A DNA stretch of 32,000 bases from Vibrio vulnificus CMCP6 (GCF_000039765.1 NC_004459.3:2481127-2513126), one strand, 5' to 3'. Positions 1 to 9,378 are shown, counted from the stretch's first letter. Program-made: numbers and translations. The notes: generated from the sequence alone by a model not told the origin.

Positions 1-75
1 GTTGAGTTCGGTGGTTACGGCACTGTGCGGTAGCTTTTGTATTGCGTGCCTGCACCCCTTAACGCGGCGTTATAT
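1..75 (+). repeat. attC site, partial (3' part only), ends at R' box GTTATAT 69-75
   Basis: Matches 3' part of the other attC sites (GCACCCCTTAACGCGGCGTTA). Confidence 0.9.
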
Positions 76-107
76 GCTAATTATGTCCACTAAACTAAAG
101 GTGCTTT

Positions 108-443
108 ATGGAACTAGATAAATTTGTAACAAAGACATTATTGATGATATCGAAGGGTGTTTATGATGCTCAAAATAGTAGTCCCGAATATGGCGTTAAA
201 GTAAACGAGCTTCCAATTACCAGCTTTTCTCGCAATGATCCATTGTCTCAAAATGGAACTTTCATGCAGAATGTTACTTTCGACGTCGCAATTACTACTG
301 AAGAGGTATCTGAAGGAGATGCGAAAATATCAGTTTTGGGTCTTTCTTTGGGTAAAAATGGCAGTTTCACAGATGTGTACTCATCGCGGATAAAATTTAC
401 AATCCCTCTATCTTTTCCCAGATCAAGTCTAGATAAACAATAG
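108..443 (+). CDS. Small hypothetical cassette protein; C-terminal half resembles trypco2-like beta domain (FDVAITTEE...SRIKFTIPLSFP)
   Basis: ORF fills the cassette between two attC sites; family resemblance from memory of motif. Confidence 0.6.
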   Translation: MELDKFVTKTLLMISKGVYDAQNSSPEYGVKVNELPITSFSRNDPLSQNGTFMQNVTFDVAITTEEVSEGDAKISVLGLSLGKNGSFTDVYSSRIKFTIPLSFPRSSLDKQ

Positions 444-449
444 GCACGC

Positions 450-576
450 ATATAACAAGGCGTTCAAGTGGGATTCATGCCGCGTGGCATTTTTGGTATG
501 CGGTGAGTTTTGGCGGTGAAAGTGGTCTGCTGGAAGTTGGTTTGAGCGGCACTCACCCCTTAACGCGGCGTTAGTT
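450..576 (+). repeat. attC site (R'' ATATAAC ... R' GTTAGTT)
   Basis: R''/L''...L'/R' architecture; R'' complementary to the start of its own cassette. Confidence 0.95.
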
Positions 577-935
577 GCCAACGAGGAAAAACGTACCTAA
601 AGCGGAATGTTAAGGGCTAATGTTCGTGTGTTTGGCTAGGTTTTCGTATTTCAATTTCTAACTATTTGGGTTTGTGAAAATCGAGTTTTGGTTTCTTGTG
701 TGATTGGATTTTCTGTTTCGTAAGCTTATTTGGGTGTTGAAAGTCAGCTCGGTTAAATTATATCTGTCCAAAAGAGCTTTTTGGTGTTGTTAGCCCGTTT
801 TCTACGGCGTTGTATGTTCCAAGTGGTTTCAGTGACAGGCGCTTTGAAACTACGCCTGATTCGAGTGTTCCAAAACACGTAAAGCTAGTGTTGGCAAAGC
901 GGTAATAAACTCCAGATCCTAGCCTTGAGCTTGGC
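571..935 (+). other. Non-coding cassette body, family B (TTAGTTGCCAACGAGG...)
   Basis: Recurs at 4300, 6303 and 10889; no convincing ORF. Confidence 0.8.
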
Positions 936-1062
936 AACTAACAAAGCATTCAAGAGGGATTCACAACGCTTGGCAATTTTGGTTTGAATTGGCTTTAGTG
1001 TTTACGGCACAATGGTTTAGGTTAGGTGGTAGCGTTGTTCACCCCTTAATGCGGCGTTATGT
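936..1062 (+). repeat. attC site
   Basis: AACTAAC ... GTTATGT, attC architecture. Confidence 0.95.
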
Positions 1063-1078
1063 AGCAAGGAGATACGGT

Positions 1079-1486
1079 GTGCTTAACTTTTTGAATAAAA
1101 AGTCTTATGTTCAGTCAGTTGCTAAAGATGTAGCTCCTAAACTGTGTGCTAAGTTTGGGAAAAAGCTCGTCTATTCGTTTCAGGAAATTAGTTGGGCATT
1201 GAGTGAGATTAAGCGTAGTGATGACCAGTTCTATAGGTCAGTTTCTTATGGCATGTTGTTGCCTTACAGTAAAGAGTTGACTATCGAGTTACAAGAAGAC
1301 TTGGGTGACTTGTTAGAGTTTCAAAAGTCTGTCGGAGAGATCTTATTTAACGTGTCGGAAGTTCCATCGTTTGAAAGCTACCTGTTATATGCAGAGGTAA
1401 ATTCAGCACCTAAATGTAGTGTTACGAACACGACTCTAGATAGTTCCGGTGGAGTAAACTTTCTTGATTTTGGTGGCGCTGACTAG
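1079..1486 (+). CDS. Hypothetical cassette protein (VLNFLNKKSYVQSV...), GTG start after AAGGAG RBS
   Basis: ORF-track start at 989 lies in the upstream attC; in-frame GTG at 1079 follows AAGGAG at a plausible distance. Confidence 0.65.
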   Translation: MLNFLNKKSYVQSVAKDVAPKLCAKFGKKLVYSFQEISWALSEIKRSDDQFYRSVSYGMLLPYSKELTIELQEDLGDLLEFQKSVGEILFNVSEVPSFESYLLYAEVNSAPKCSVTNTTLDSSGGVNFLDFGGAD

Positions 1487-1488
1487 CT

Positions 1489-1615
1489 ACATAACAAGGC
1501 GTTTAAGAGGGATTCATGCCGCGTGGCATTTTTGGCATGCGGTGAGTTTTGGCGGTGAAAGTGGTCTGCGGAAAGCTGGTTTAGGCGGCATTCACCCCTT
1601 AACGCAGCGTTAGGC
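1489..1615 (+). repeat. attC site
   Basis: ACATAAC ... GTTAGGC. Confidence 0.95.
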
Positions 1616-1637
1616 GCTATTCACTTTAGGATTAGGG

Positions 1638-2117
1638 ATGAACGTAGAATTTAGAGTGATCAATTTGGCGCAAGATTATGATTTTTGCGTAGCTGCTCGA
1701 AAGGATGCTTACTATTGCAGTTTCGAGACCTTTTCGGGTTTTGATGATTTCATAGCAGGTTATCGAGAACGAATCCAAGAAAGGCAATCTGAAGCAGGTT
1801 GGTTTTACATCCATATCTGGTTGGATGGAAAATTGGTAGGGCAGTTAGAGTTTCGTTCCTTTTCACCCGAGCCAGAGACCGGTTATGTTCATTTGGTTTA
1901 CTTGTTGCCTGAAGTTCGCGGTTCTGGTTTGAGCCAGCAAGTTCAGGTCTACATCGAAACAGAATTAGCACGAGCTGGTTGTGATCGTGCTGTGCTTTCC
2001 GTGAGTAGAACGAACGCAAGGGCGTTAAGGTTCTATAAGCGTAATGGTTGGGTATATTGTTGCGCTAATCCGAAGCACGATGAAACCGATTTTTACCAAT
2101 TACAGCTGCGCGCCTAA
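1638..2117 (+). CDS. GNAT family N-acetyltransferase
   Basis: VYLLPEVRGSGLSQQVQVYIETELARAGCDRAVLSVSRTNARALRFYKRNGW acetyl-CoA-binding pattern. Confidence 0.9.
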   Translation: MNVEFRVINLAQDYDFCVAARKDAYYCSFETFSGFDDFIAGYRERIQERQSEAGWFYIHIWLDGKLVGQLEFRSFSPEPETGYVHLVYLLPEVRGSGLSQQVQVYIETELARAGCDRAVLSVSRTNARALRFYKRNGWVYCCANPKHDETDFYQLQLRA

Positions 2118-2238
2118 CAAAGCGTTAAAGAGGGACTTGGCACGCGTGGCATTTTCAATTTGCGTCGGGTTTAGTGGTTAAGGTGTGATGCGGTCACGTT
2201 TGTAGTGCGTGCCTGCGCCCCTTAACGCGGCGTTAGGC
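2112..2238 (+). repeat. attC site
   Basis: GCCTAAC ... GTTAGGC; cassette start TTAGGCGC matches end GCGCCTAA. Confidence 0.95.
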
Positions 2239-2300
2239 ATTTCTTGGGATAGAACGCTTTGTGACCATGTTCTATGATCTTAAAATTAAAGGTAATTAAC

Positions 2301-2954
2301 ATGAATCAGTTTCGGTCTTTAAACATAGATGTTGTGGTTAATGGTGAAACAGTGAGAGTTGACGGTAAAAAAAGGACTAACTTTGTTAGAGACTACGGTT
2401 TGGATGAATTAATTCCTAATCGTTATTCTGAAATTCTTGTGGTCGATTTGCTGATGAATCTAGAGTTAAATGGTATCGACCCGAGAAGCATCATTGAACA
2501 AATTGAGCGTCTTGAACGGACAGACGTTGAAGGTTACACAAAGCAAGCTACTCAATTCAAACATGCCCCTTTATTCCCTCTTTGGCATCAGCACTACTTT
2601 TCAGCACATTATTTAATTCATAATATTCAAAATGAACACAGACGTAATTTTAAGAATATCTGGGATAAATCTATGGGTGAACAAGGGAGTCTTATAGAGC
2701 AACATCATATCAATAACTTATTACACAATGCCTTTGAAGGTGCGATTGAAACCCGTAGCGATGAAAAACGGATGACGGGAGAATGGTTAGTCTTTTCAGC
2801 TCAAGAAACTGGAAATGTGTACTTGTGTATGGCGACTCACACGACGGGAGATGAAAATATTTACAAAAAGTTGGCTTACTGTTGTGAACGTCAATTCCCG
2901 TTACTAGAACCGTTTGCTTCAGATCGCAGTAAAGCTGAGCGTCTAAAACAGTAA
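2301..2954 (+). CDS. Hypothetical cassette protein (alternative start 2274)
   Basis: Single long ORF filling the cassette. Confidence 0.7.
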   Translation: MNQFRSLNIDVVVNGETVRVDGKKRTNFVRDYGLDELIPNRYSEILVVDLLMNLELNGIDPRSIIEQIERLERTDVEGYTKQATQFKHAPLFPLWHQHYFSAHYLIHNIQNEHRRNFKNIWDKSMGEQGSLIEQHHINNLLHNAFEGAIETRSDEKRMTGEWLVFSAQETGNVYLCMATHTTGDENIYKKLAYCCERQFPLLEPFASDRSKAERLKQ

Positions 2955-2956
2955 AT

Positions 2957-3082
2957 GCCTAACAAACAATTTAAGAGTGATTCAGCACGCTTGCCATTTT
3001 GGGTTTGAATCAAGTTTAGTGATTATGGTGTTCAATTTGAGGTCTGTGGTCGCGTGCTTCACACTTTAATTGGGCGTTAGCC
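2957..3082 (+). repeat. attC site
   Basis: GCCTAAC ... GTTAGCC. Confidence 0.95.
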
Positions 3083-3097
3083 CTTTCGAGGAAAACA

Positions 3098-3619
3098 ATG
3101 GATATTGTATTTGAAATTAATGTAACGGAAGCACAACACAAAGCTATTGAGACTTTGAGGAATCAGTCTTTTCCTGAGCATCAAGCCAATCGATCCTACT
3201 ACAAGCAACTGCCTCATATGCGTGCTTTGCAATATGAAGGTGACATGCTCGTGGGCTATTTAGGGTTAGATTATCGCGCCGTGAAAGTCGGTGATGAAGT
3301 TTATAAAGTCTTGGGTATCATTGATTTCTGTGTTGCAGGACAATATCGAGGTAAAGGCATTGGGTCACTTATGCTTTCTGAAGTGTCGTCGTTTGCAAAG
3401 GGAAAAGGGGTTGATTTCATTATGCTAATCTCTGAACTAGATGGCTTCTATCTGAAGCATGGTTATAGCAAAGTCGAGACAATCCATTCTTGGTTACGGC
3501 TTAATGAACACACAAACTATGGTGTGGCAGTTGAGCATATTGACGATCTGTTTATCAAACCAGTAAGTGGCAAAGAGTGGGCAAATGGTCATTTGGACTG
3601 GTTAGGTTATATGTACTAA
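3098..3619 (+). CDS. GNAT family N-acetyltransferase
   Basis: FCVAGQYRGKGIGSLMLSEVSSFAKGKGVDFIMLISELDGFYLKHGY, canonical Q/RxxGxG/A. Confidence 0.92.
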   Translation: MDIVFEINVTEAQHKAIETLRNQSFPEHQANRSYYKQLPHMRALQYEGDMLVGYLGLDYRAVKVGDEVYKVLGIIDFCVAGQYRGKGIGSLMLSEVSSFAKGKGVDFIMLISELDGFYLKHGYSKVETIHSWLRLNEHTNYGVAVEHIDDLFIKPVSGKEWANGHLDWLGYMY

Positions 3620-3628
3620 TCGGCACAG

Positions 3629-3755
3629 GGCTAACAAAGCGTTAAAGAGGGATTCATGCCGCGTGGCATTTTTGGTATACAGTGAGTTTTAGTGGTGAAA
3701 GTGGTCTGCGGAAACTTGGTTTAGGCGGCATTCACCCCTTAACGCGGCGTTAGTA
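3629..3755 (+). repeat. attC site
   Basis: GGCTAAC ... GTTAGTA. Confidence 0.95.
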
Positions 3756-4179
3756 CGGGGGTGGCATCAAAGGTTAAAAGTTTCAGTGTTTATTGGTTTC
3801 GTTTCCTAGCTTTACACCTGCACGGGCATGCCTTTCACGTTCTTTCCGGTGGCACTATATGCGGAGTTTCCGCTTTGACTTCAGCGTTTACGGTTTCTAA
3901 TTTTTTGGCTATTTCGTGGGCGCGGCTTCTTTTGTGTTGTTGGCTTTTTAGCCTTCAATTCTGTACGTTGGTGTGGTTGTAAAAGTTTGGTGACCGAATC
4001 CTTTGCTAATTTGAAACTGGTCAAAATGGGGTAGTTTGGCGCGTTTTTCTTCTAGCCAATTTGCGGTTTGAAGTTGAGTTCTAGTTTGGCCGTTGTCCCT
4101 ATAGTTTCAGCGTTTTAAGCCAACAGTTTCGTGCTATATTTCAATATGTTGGTGCATACCAGAAGGTTCAGGAACAGCG
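3750..4179 (+). other. Cassette body without convincing ORF
   Basis: Bounded by attC sites; only short, low-complexity translations. Confidence 0.6.
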
Positions 4180-4305
4180 TACTAACAAACAATTTAAGAG
4201 TGATTCGGCACGCGTGGCATTTTTGGTTTGCGTTGGTTTTAGTGGTTAAGGTGGTATGCGGCAGCATCGGTATTGCGTGCCTCACACCTTAATTGGGCGT
4301 TAGTT
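4180..4305 (+). repeat. attC site
   Basis: TACTAAC ... GTTAGTT. Confidence 0.95.
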
Positions 4306-4660
4306 GCCAAGGCGAAAAACGCAGCTAAAGCAGAATGTTTAGGGCTAATGTTCGTGCATTTCTGGCTCGGTTTTGTATTTCAAATTTTAGTCTTTCAGGA
4401 TTGTGCAAATCAGGCTTTGGTTTTTTGTGGTCGGACTTTCTGTTTCAGAAACCGATTTACTGGTTGAAAGTCAGCTCTGTGATATTGTCTTTTCAAATGA
4501 GCTTTTTGGTGTCGTTAGCCCGTTTTCTACGGCGCTGTTTGTTCCAAGTGGTTTCAGTGACAGGCGCCTTGAAACTGCGCCTGATTTGAGTTTTTCACAA
4601 CACACAAAGACAGTGTTGGCAAAGCGGCAATCAATTTCAAATCAAAGCTTTAGGTTTGGC
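4300..4660 (+). other. Non-coding cassette body, family B
   Basis: Closely similar to 571-935. Confidence 0.8.
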
Positions 4661-4788
4661 AACTAACAAAGCATTCAAGAGGGATTCACAACGCTTGGCA
4701 GTTTTGGTTTGAATCGGCTTTAGTGTTTACGGCACAATGGTTTAGTTTGGGTGGAATGCGTTGTTCACCCCTTAATGCGGCGTTAGCT
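4661..4788 (+). repeat. attC site
   Basis: AACTAAC ... GTTAGCT. Confidence 0.95.
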
Positions 4789-4806
4789 ATCAATCGGAAA
4801 TTGTGA

Positions 4807-5604
4807 GTGTCTATGAAGAATGAATATTATTGGTGGGATTTGGAAGGTTCTCGCTTCAAAGGGGTCTTATATGATTCGATCAATTGTTATTTTCTCCATG
4901 ACTTGCCTTACCAAAATTGGCAAGAGTTTTCTGAAGCTGACCCACACATGGCTTACGCACATTTAACTTATGTTCGGTTTAATATGCTTGAGCAGCAGTT
5001 CATCGATTTACGGGTAATCCCTCAAATGCTTGGAGTTGAGACTGTTCCAGTGAAATCTAGTGTTCAAGATATAAACAGATACGACTGGCTTAAATCTATC
5101 GTAGACTTGACGCTATTTCGTTTTTCCAGTCTGCGAGATATAGCTTTCCACTTTGTGAATGAAGTCTTGGAGCTTGGTCTTTCCGACTTTCAGTTGAATA
5201 TAAAGCAGCTGAAAAAGGCGCTTAAAACTCAGCATCCAGAAATTCTTGAAGACTTAATAATCTTAGATAAAACTGGTGAAGAACTGAGGACCGATCGTAA
5301 TGACCGAGCTCATAAAGGTTTTAGTGAGCTTTATACAGGTGACGACCAGATGTTCAAAAACATGTCATGGATGGAGGGCAAAGTCATCGACAATACTGGT
5401 TATGATTTAGTCGGTATTTATGAAAGTTCCCGTGACAAAATTTGTGAACTAGTTGTGCAAGAGGTACAGGTTGCACTAAAAGCTACAATCAACTTAGTTG
5501 ATAATTGCTATGCCCATTATCGTGATACACACCTTAGATTATCACGTGGCTCTGCAATGGGAGTGTCGCAACATTTTCCTCTGCACTGCGAAAAAGATAG
5601 CTAA
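4807..5604 (+). CDS. Hypothetical cassette protein, possible HEPN-like (RNDRAH = RxxxxH); GTG 4807 or ATG 4813 start
   Basis: Single 265-aa ORF; helical context around RNDRAHKG motif. Confidence 0.7.
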   Translation: MSMKNEYYWWDLEGSRFKGVLYDSINCYFLHDLPYQNWQEFSEADPHMAYAHLTYVRFNMLEQQFIDLRVIPQMLGVETVPVKSSVQDINRYDWLKSIVDLTLFRFSSLRDIAFHFVNEVLELGLSDFQLNIKQLKKALKTQHPEILEDLIILDKTGEELRTDRNDRAHKGFSELYTGDDQMFKNMSWMEGKVIDNTGYDLVGIYESSRDKICELVVQEVQVALKATINLVDNCYAHYRDTHLRLSRGSAMGVSQHFPLHCEKDS

Positions 5605-5726
5605 CAAAGCATTTAAGAGTGATTCCCAACGCATGGCATTTTTCATTCCATCGTTGGGTTTAGTGTTTACGGTGGTCTGGTTAAGTTTTGTGGTAGCGTT
5701 GCTCACACCTTAATGCGGCGTTATGT
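5599..5726 (+). repeat. attC site
   Basis: AGCTAAC ... GTTATGT. Confidence 0.95.
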
Positions 5727-5760
5727 TGCCCCTATAAATTTGGAAATCTAGAGTTCGAAA

Positions 5761-6186
5761 ATGATAAGAAAGTACAATTCACATGACTTAGATTCGGTTC
5801 TTGAAATCTGGCTTGAAGCCTCTGTTAAAGCGCATGATTTCGTCCCAGCGGACTTCTGGGAATCTCAAGTTGAGAGCATGCGTAATATTTACATTCCTGC
5901 TTCAGAAGTTTTCGTTTATGAAATCGAGTCGAAAACAGTTGGTTTTTATGCACTGTATGAAAATACTTTGGCAGCTATATTCGTATTTCCTCAATTTCAG
6001 GGTAAAGGCATTGGTAAGCAATTATTAAGTCATGCCAAAGCTCAAAGGGCGATCTTGAGCCTTTCCGTATACAAGGAAAATCAGGCTAGTTATCAGTTCT
6101 ATTTGTCTCAAGGTTTCGCAGTCGTCAGTGAGCAACTGGACGAGCATACGGGACACCCAGAGTACACAATGAGTTCGGGCACATAA
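5761..6186 (+). CDS. GNAT family N-acetyltransferase
   Basis: IFVFPQFQGKGIGKQLLSHAKAQRAILSLSVYKENQASYQFYLSQGF. Confidence 0.92.
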   Translation: MIRKYNSHDLDSVLEIWLEASVKAHDFVPADFWESQVESMRNIYIPASEVFVYEIESKTVGFYALYENTLAAIFVFPQFQGKGIGKQLLSHAKAQRAILSLSVYKENQASYQFYLSQGFAVVSEQLDEHTGHPEYTMSSGT

Positions 6187-6308
6187 CAAGGCGTTTAAGA
6201 CGGATTCACAACGCTTGGCGATTTCAGTTCAAGTTAGCTTAAGTGTTTAAGGTAGAATGGTTTAGGTTTGGTGGTTGGCGTTGTTCACCACTTAACGCGG
6301 CGTTAGTT
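6181..6308 (+). repeat. attC site
   Basis: ACATAAC ... GTTAGTT. Confidence 0.95.
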
Positions 6309-6668
6309 GCCAACGAGGAAAAACGTTCCTAAAGCAGAATGTTTGGGGCTAATGTCCGTATGTTTTTGGCTAGGTTTTCGTATTTCAATTTCTAGCTATT
6401 TGGGTTTGTGAAAATCGTGCTTTGATTTCTTGTACGGTTTGGTTTTTCTGTTTCAGACGCTGATTAGCTTGTTGAAAGTCAGCTCGGTTAAATTATCAGT
6501 CCAAAAGGGCTTTTTGGTGTTGTTAGTCCGTTTTCTACGGCGTTGTATGTTCCAAGTGGTTTCAGTGACAGGCGCTTTGAAACTACGCCTAATTTGAGTG
6601 TTTCAGAACACTAGAAATAGGTGTTGGCAAAGTTTCAATAAACTTCAAGTCACCGCCTTAGGCTTGGC
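6303..6668 (+). other. Non-coding cassette body, family B
   Basis: Closely similar to 571-935. Confidence 0.8.
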
Positions 6669-6794
6669 AACTAACAAACTGTTCAAGAGGGATTCGCAAC
6701 GCGTAGCATTTTTCCTATGCGTTGGCATTGGTGTTTAAGGTGGTATGCGGCGGCTTCGGTATTGTGTTGCTCACCCCTTAACAGGGCGTTAGTT
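6669..6794 (+). repeat. attC site
   Basis: AACTAAC ... GTTAGTT. Confidence 0.95.
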
Positions 6795-6807
6795 TTTTCT
6801 TGGAGTT

Positions 6808-7572
6808 ATGTGGATGTGGCAGTTCGTTGGTGAGATTGAATATGAGTGTTCAAGTTGTTCATCTTATGGAGAAATACCGATAGATGAGTTTGACTGTGAG
6901 TGTCTTGGTGGCAGTGAGCGCTCAATGGGTGACGAGGAGATTTACGAATTATCCTGCGCTTTTGAATGTGACGACTGCGCCCGCCCGATCAACTTGGCTT
7001 TCGAAGTTTCTGAGTATCCTATTGGTCTTATAAATTTCATAATCGACAAATGTGATGGCGCAACTGCCCTTAACGAACCCGATATCGAATATATTCGTGA
7101 AATTTATTCAGCTAGAGACCTCTTCGACCTTTATAGTTCTGTATCGGAATTAGTTATAGCTTTACAAGCTGAGCCTGCTTTGCTTACTGACTTAGAACCT
7201 CGTCAGTTCGAAGAAGTAACTGCAGAAATTTTCCGAGATAAGGGTTTTGAAGTTGAGTTAACCAAACGTACAAGAGACGGTGGCAAAGATGTTATTGCGT
7301 TCCATAAAGACCAACTCGGTATACGATCCAAATATATCATCGAATGTAAGCATTATGCTGATACCAATAAAGTTGGAGTAGACATCGTAAGAGCATTGTA
7401 TGGCGTTAAAAACTCTCGTTCCGGCGGCAATGTAGGAATCATCGTAACCACATCTACTTTTACATCGGGAGCAAGAGAGTTCATTGAGAATGAGGCAACA
7501 ACGAATTTAGATTTAACTTTGGCAGACAAAGAGCAATTACTTGAGTGGTTAAAGGGTTACGGAAAAAACTAA
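6808..7572 (+). CDS. Restriction endonuclease, Mrr-like catalytic domain, with N-terminal Cys-rich (zinc-ribbon-like) region
   Basis: FEEVTAEIFRDKGFEVELTKRTRDGGKDVIAFHKDQLGIRSKYIIECKHY = PD-(D/E)XK Mrr pattern (D...GGKDVIA...ECK); several CxxC-type Cys pairs near the N-terminus. Confidence 0.88.
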   Translation: MWMWQFVGEIEYECSSCSSYGEIPIDEFDCECLGGSERSMGDEEIYELSCAFECDDCARPINLAFEVSEYPIGLINFIIDKCDGATALNEPDIEYIREIYSARDLFDLYSSVSELVIALQAEPALLTDLEPRQFEEVTAEIFRDKGFEVELTKRTRDGGKDVIAFHKDQLGIRSKYIIECKHYADTNKVGVDIVRALYGVKNSRSGGNVGIIVTTSTFTSGAREFIENEATTNLDLTLADKEQLLEWLKGYGKN

Positions 7573-7692
7573 CAAACTGTTTAAGAGTGATTCGCAACGC
7601 GTGGCATTTTTACTATGCGTTGCGTTTAGTGTTTAAGGTGGTATGCGGGAGCTTTGGTATTGCGTTGCTCACACCTTAACAGGGCGTTATGT
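7567..7692 (+). repeat. attC site
   Basis: AACTAAC ... GTTATGT. Confidence 0.95.
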
Positions 7693-7706
7693 AACTAGGA
7701 GGAAAA

Positions 7707-8156
7707 ATGAAGATAAGTGAAATAAACGGCTTTGAGGCTACGGGCTTCGTCATTCGCACAACTAACGCGGGTGAAGTAAATCCATCGACTGCAAAAATTG
7801 GAGAGCTTTGGGCAAAGTTTTACGCAAATGCTGCGCCAAAATTGAATGAAAAATCAAAAGTTTTTGGCATTTACACAAACTATGAGTCTGATTTTACTGG
7901 GGCTTTTGACGTTATCGCTTGTTCGGATACTTTATCACCAGAAATATTATCAGACTCAGTAAAAGTGAACGTTACCTCTGGAAAATACGTAACTTTTGCT
8001 GCGAGCGGTGAAATGCCACAAGCAGTTATAGATCTTTGGGGCAAAGTCTGGAGTTATTTTAGCTCTGAAAATTGCCTTTACAAACGCGCATACACAACGG
8101 ACTTTGAATACTATAAAAGCGCTCATGAAGTCGAGATCTCTATTGCTGTTAGGTAG
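7707..8156 (+). CDS. Cass2-like integron-associated effector-binding protein (GyrI/AraC effector fold)
   Basis: GFVIRTTNAGE...IGELWAKFYANAAPKL...VFGIYTNYESDFTGAFDVIACSD pattern; RBS AGGAGG upstream. Confidence 0.65.
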   Translation: MKISEINGFEATGFVIRTTNAGEVNPSTAKIGELWAKFYANAAPKLNEKSKVFGIYTNYESDFTGAFDVIACSDTLSPEILSDSVKVNVTSGKYVTFAASGEMPQAVIDLWGKVWSYFSSENCLYKRAYTTDFEYYKSAHEVEISIAVR

Positions 8157-8159
8157 TTA

Positions 8160-9250
8160 CTTAGTATCAAGTTTGAAGTGCGACACTTTTTACAGATGCG
8201 CATGAATATACTCCGTTGGTGTCCTATACCCAAGTCTTTTGCGTGGGCGCGTATTTAATTTGTGTGCAATTTCATTGCAGAGCTTCTGTGTTACGTGTGA
8301 CATAGAAGTTCGTTTTGGTAAGTATTGTCGTATCAAACCATTGGTGTTTTCATTAGTCCCTCGCTCCCATGAATGGTATGGATTTGCAAAGTAAAACAGA
8401 CAGTTATGATGTTTTTCCAGTTGTGCATAACCATGAAATTCAGTGCCGTTATCCGCAGTTATCGTCTTAAAAGGTAAGTCAGAGCGGGTCATGATTTTGC
8501 TCATTCTTACGTTGAGCGACTCGCTTGTTCTATCGTCCATTTGCCCTATAAAAGTGTAGCCAGTCATTCTGTCGACTAAAGTTACGATACAGTGCTTGGT
8601 TCCGCGGCCAACGACGGTATCAATTTCCCAATGGCCAGGCTCATTTCGATGCTCAGCTTTTGCAGGTCTTTCGGTAATATGACGCTTTGCTGCCAGCCGA
8701 CCTCGGCTGTCTTTTGAGTTATATCTTTTGCGCCTTTTCTTGGTCGATTGGCGTAGATGTTTCCATAGTGTTCCACCGAGAGTTTTGTCGTTCCAAATAT
8801 GCTGATAAATGAGCTCGTGGCTCATTGTTGGATAGCCTCTTACCCTTAGGTATCCGACGATTTGGTCAGGGCTCCAATCCAGTCGTAGCAAGGCTTCAGG
8901 TAACCTGAAGTCGATTTCGCTATAGCGCTTGTTTCTGCGCGAGCGGCTTAGCCGGTTGCGAGCCATCTGTTGGGCTCTCCATGCTTGATAGGAGAACCTT
9001 CTAAAGTGTCTGTTGTATCGGGAATTACGTTCAATTTCTCGATAGATAGTAGCTTTGTGACGACCTAGTTGTTTAGCTATTTTAGCGGTACTAATTCCTT
9101 GCTTTCTGAGCGCAGAAATCATATACCTTTCGTTCTCAGTGAGGTGCGTGTATCTCATGTTTTTTACTTCTTGGCGGGAGCAAACTTCATGATTATCGCA
9201 TCTCACTGTTTTTATGTTCAGAGGTGTCGCACTTCGTACTTGAATCCAAG
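8160..9250 (-). mobile_element. IS30-family insertion sequence, copy 1 (1,091 bp), 3-bp TSD TTA (8157-8159 / 9251-9253)
   Basis: ~27-bp imperfect terminal inverted repeats (CTTAGTATCAAGTTTGAAGTGCGACAC / CTTGGATTCAAGTACGAAGTGCGACAC), TSD, identical second copy. Confidence 0.95.
8190..9158 (-). CDS. IS30-family transposase (start MRYTHLTENERY; ORF extends to 9206)
   Basis: N-terminal HTH (ERYMISALRKQGISTAKIAKQLGRHKATIYREIERN) and DDE region WEIDTVVG...ITADNGTEF...NPYHSWERGTNENTNGLIRQYLPK. Confidence 0.95.
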   Translation of the reverse strand: MRYTHLTENERYMISALRKQGISTAKIAKQLGRHKATIYREIERNSRYNRHFRRFSYQAWRAQQMARNRLSRSRRNKRYSEIDFRLPEALLRLDWSPDQIVGYLRVRGYPTMSHELIYQHIWNDKTLGGTLWKHLRQSTKKRRKRYNSKDSRGRLAAKRHITERPAKAEHRNEPGHWEIDTVVGRGTKHCIVTLVDRMTGYTFIGQMDDRTSESLNVRMSKIMTRSDLPFKTITADNGTEFHGYAQLEKHHNCLFYFANPYHSWERGTNENTNGLIRQYLPKRTSMSHVTQKLCNEIAHKLNTRPRKRLGYRTPTEYIHAHL

Positions 9251-9252
9251 TT

Positions 9253-9378
9253 ACATAACAAACTGTTTAAGAGTGATTCGCAACGCGTGGCATTTTTACT
9301 ATGCGTCGGTTTTAGTGATTAAGGTGGTATGCGGGAGCTTCTGTATTGCGTTGCTCACACCTTAACAGAGCGTTATGC
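9253..9378 (+). repeat. attC site (own cassette 7687-9252 carries the IS immediately upstream)
   Basis: ACATAAC ... GTTATGC; matches cassette start TTATGTAAC. Confidence 0.95.

Noticed and set aside
989-1078. Upstream extension of the ORF at 989
   Set aside because: Lies inside attC; better GTG start with RBS at 1079.
1632-2019. Minus-strand ORFs opposite the GNAT gene and similar antisense ORFs elsewhere
   Set aside because: Short, antisense to well-supported genes, no recognisable motif.
4273-4666. ORFs 4273-4467, 4335-4589 and 4403-4666
   Set aside because: Three overlapping frames in a repeated non-coding cassette; frames are not conserved between family B copies.
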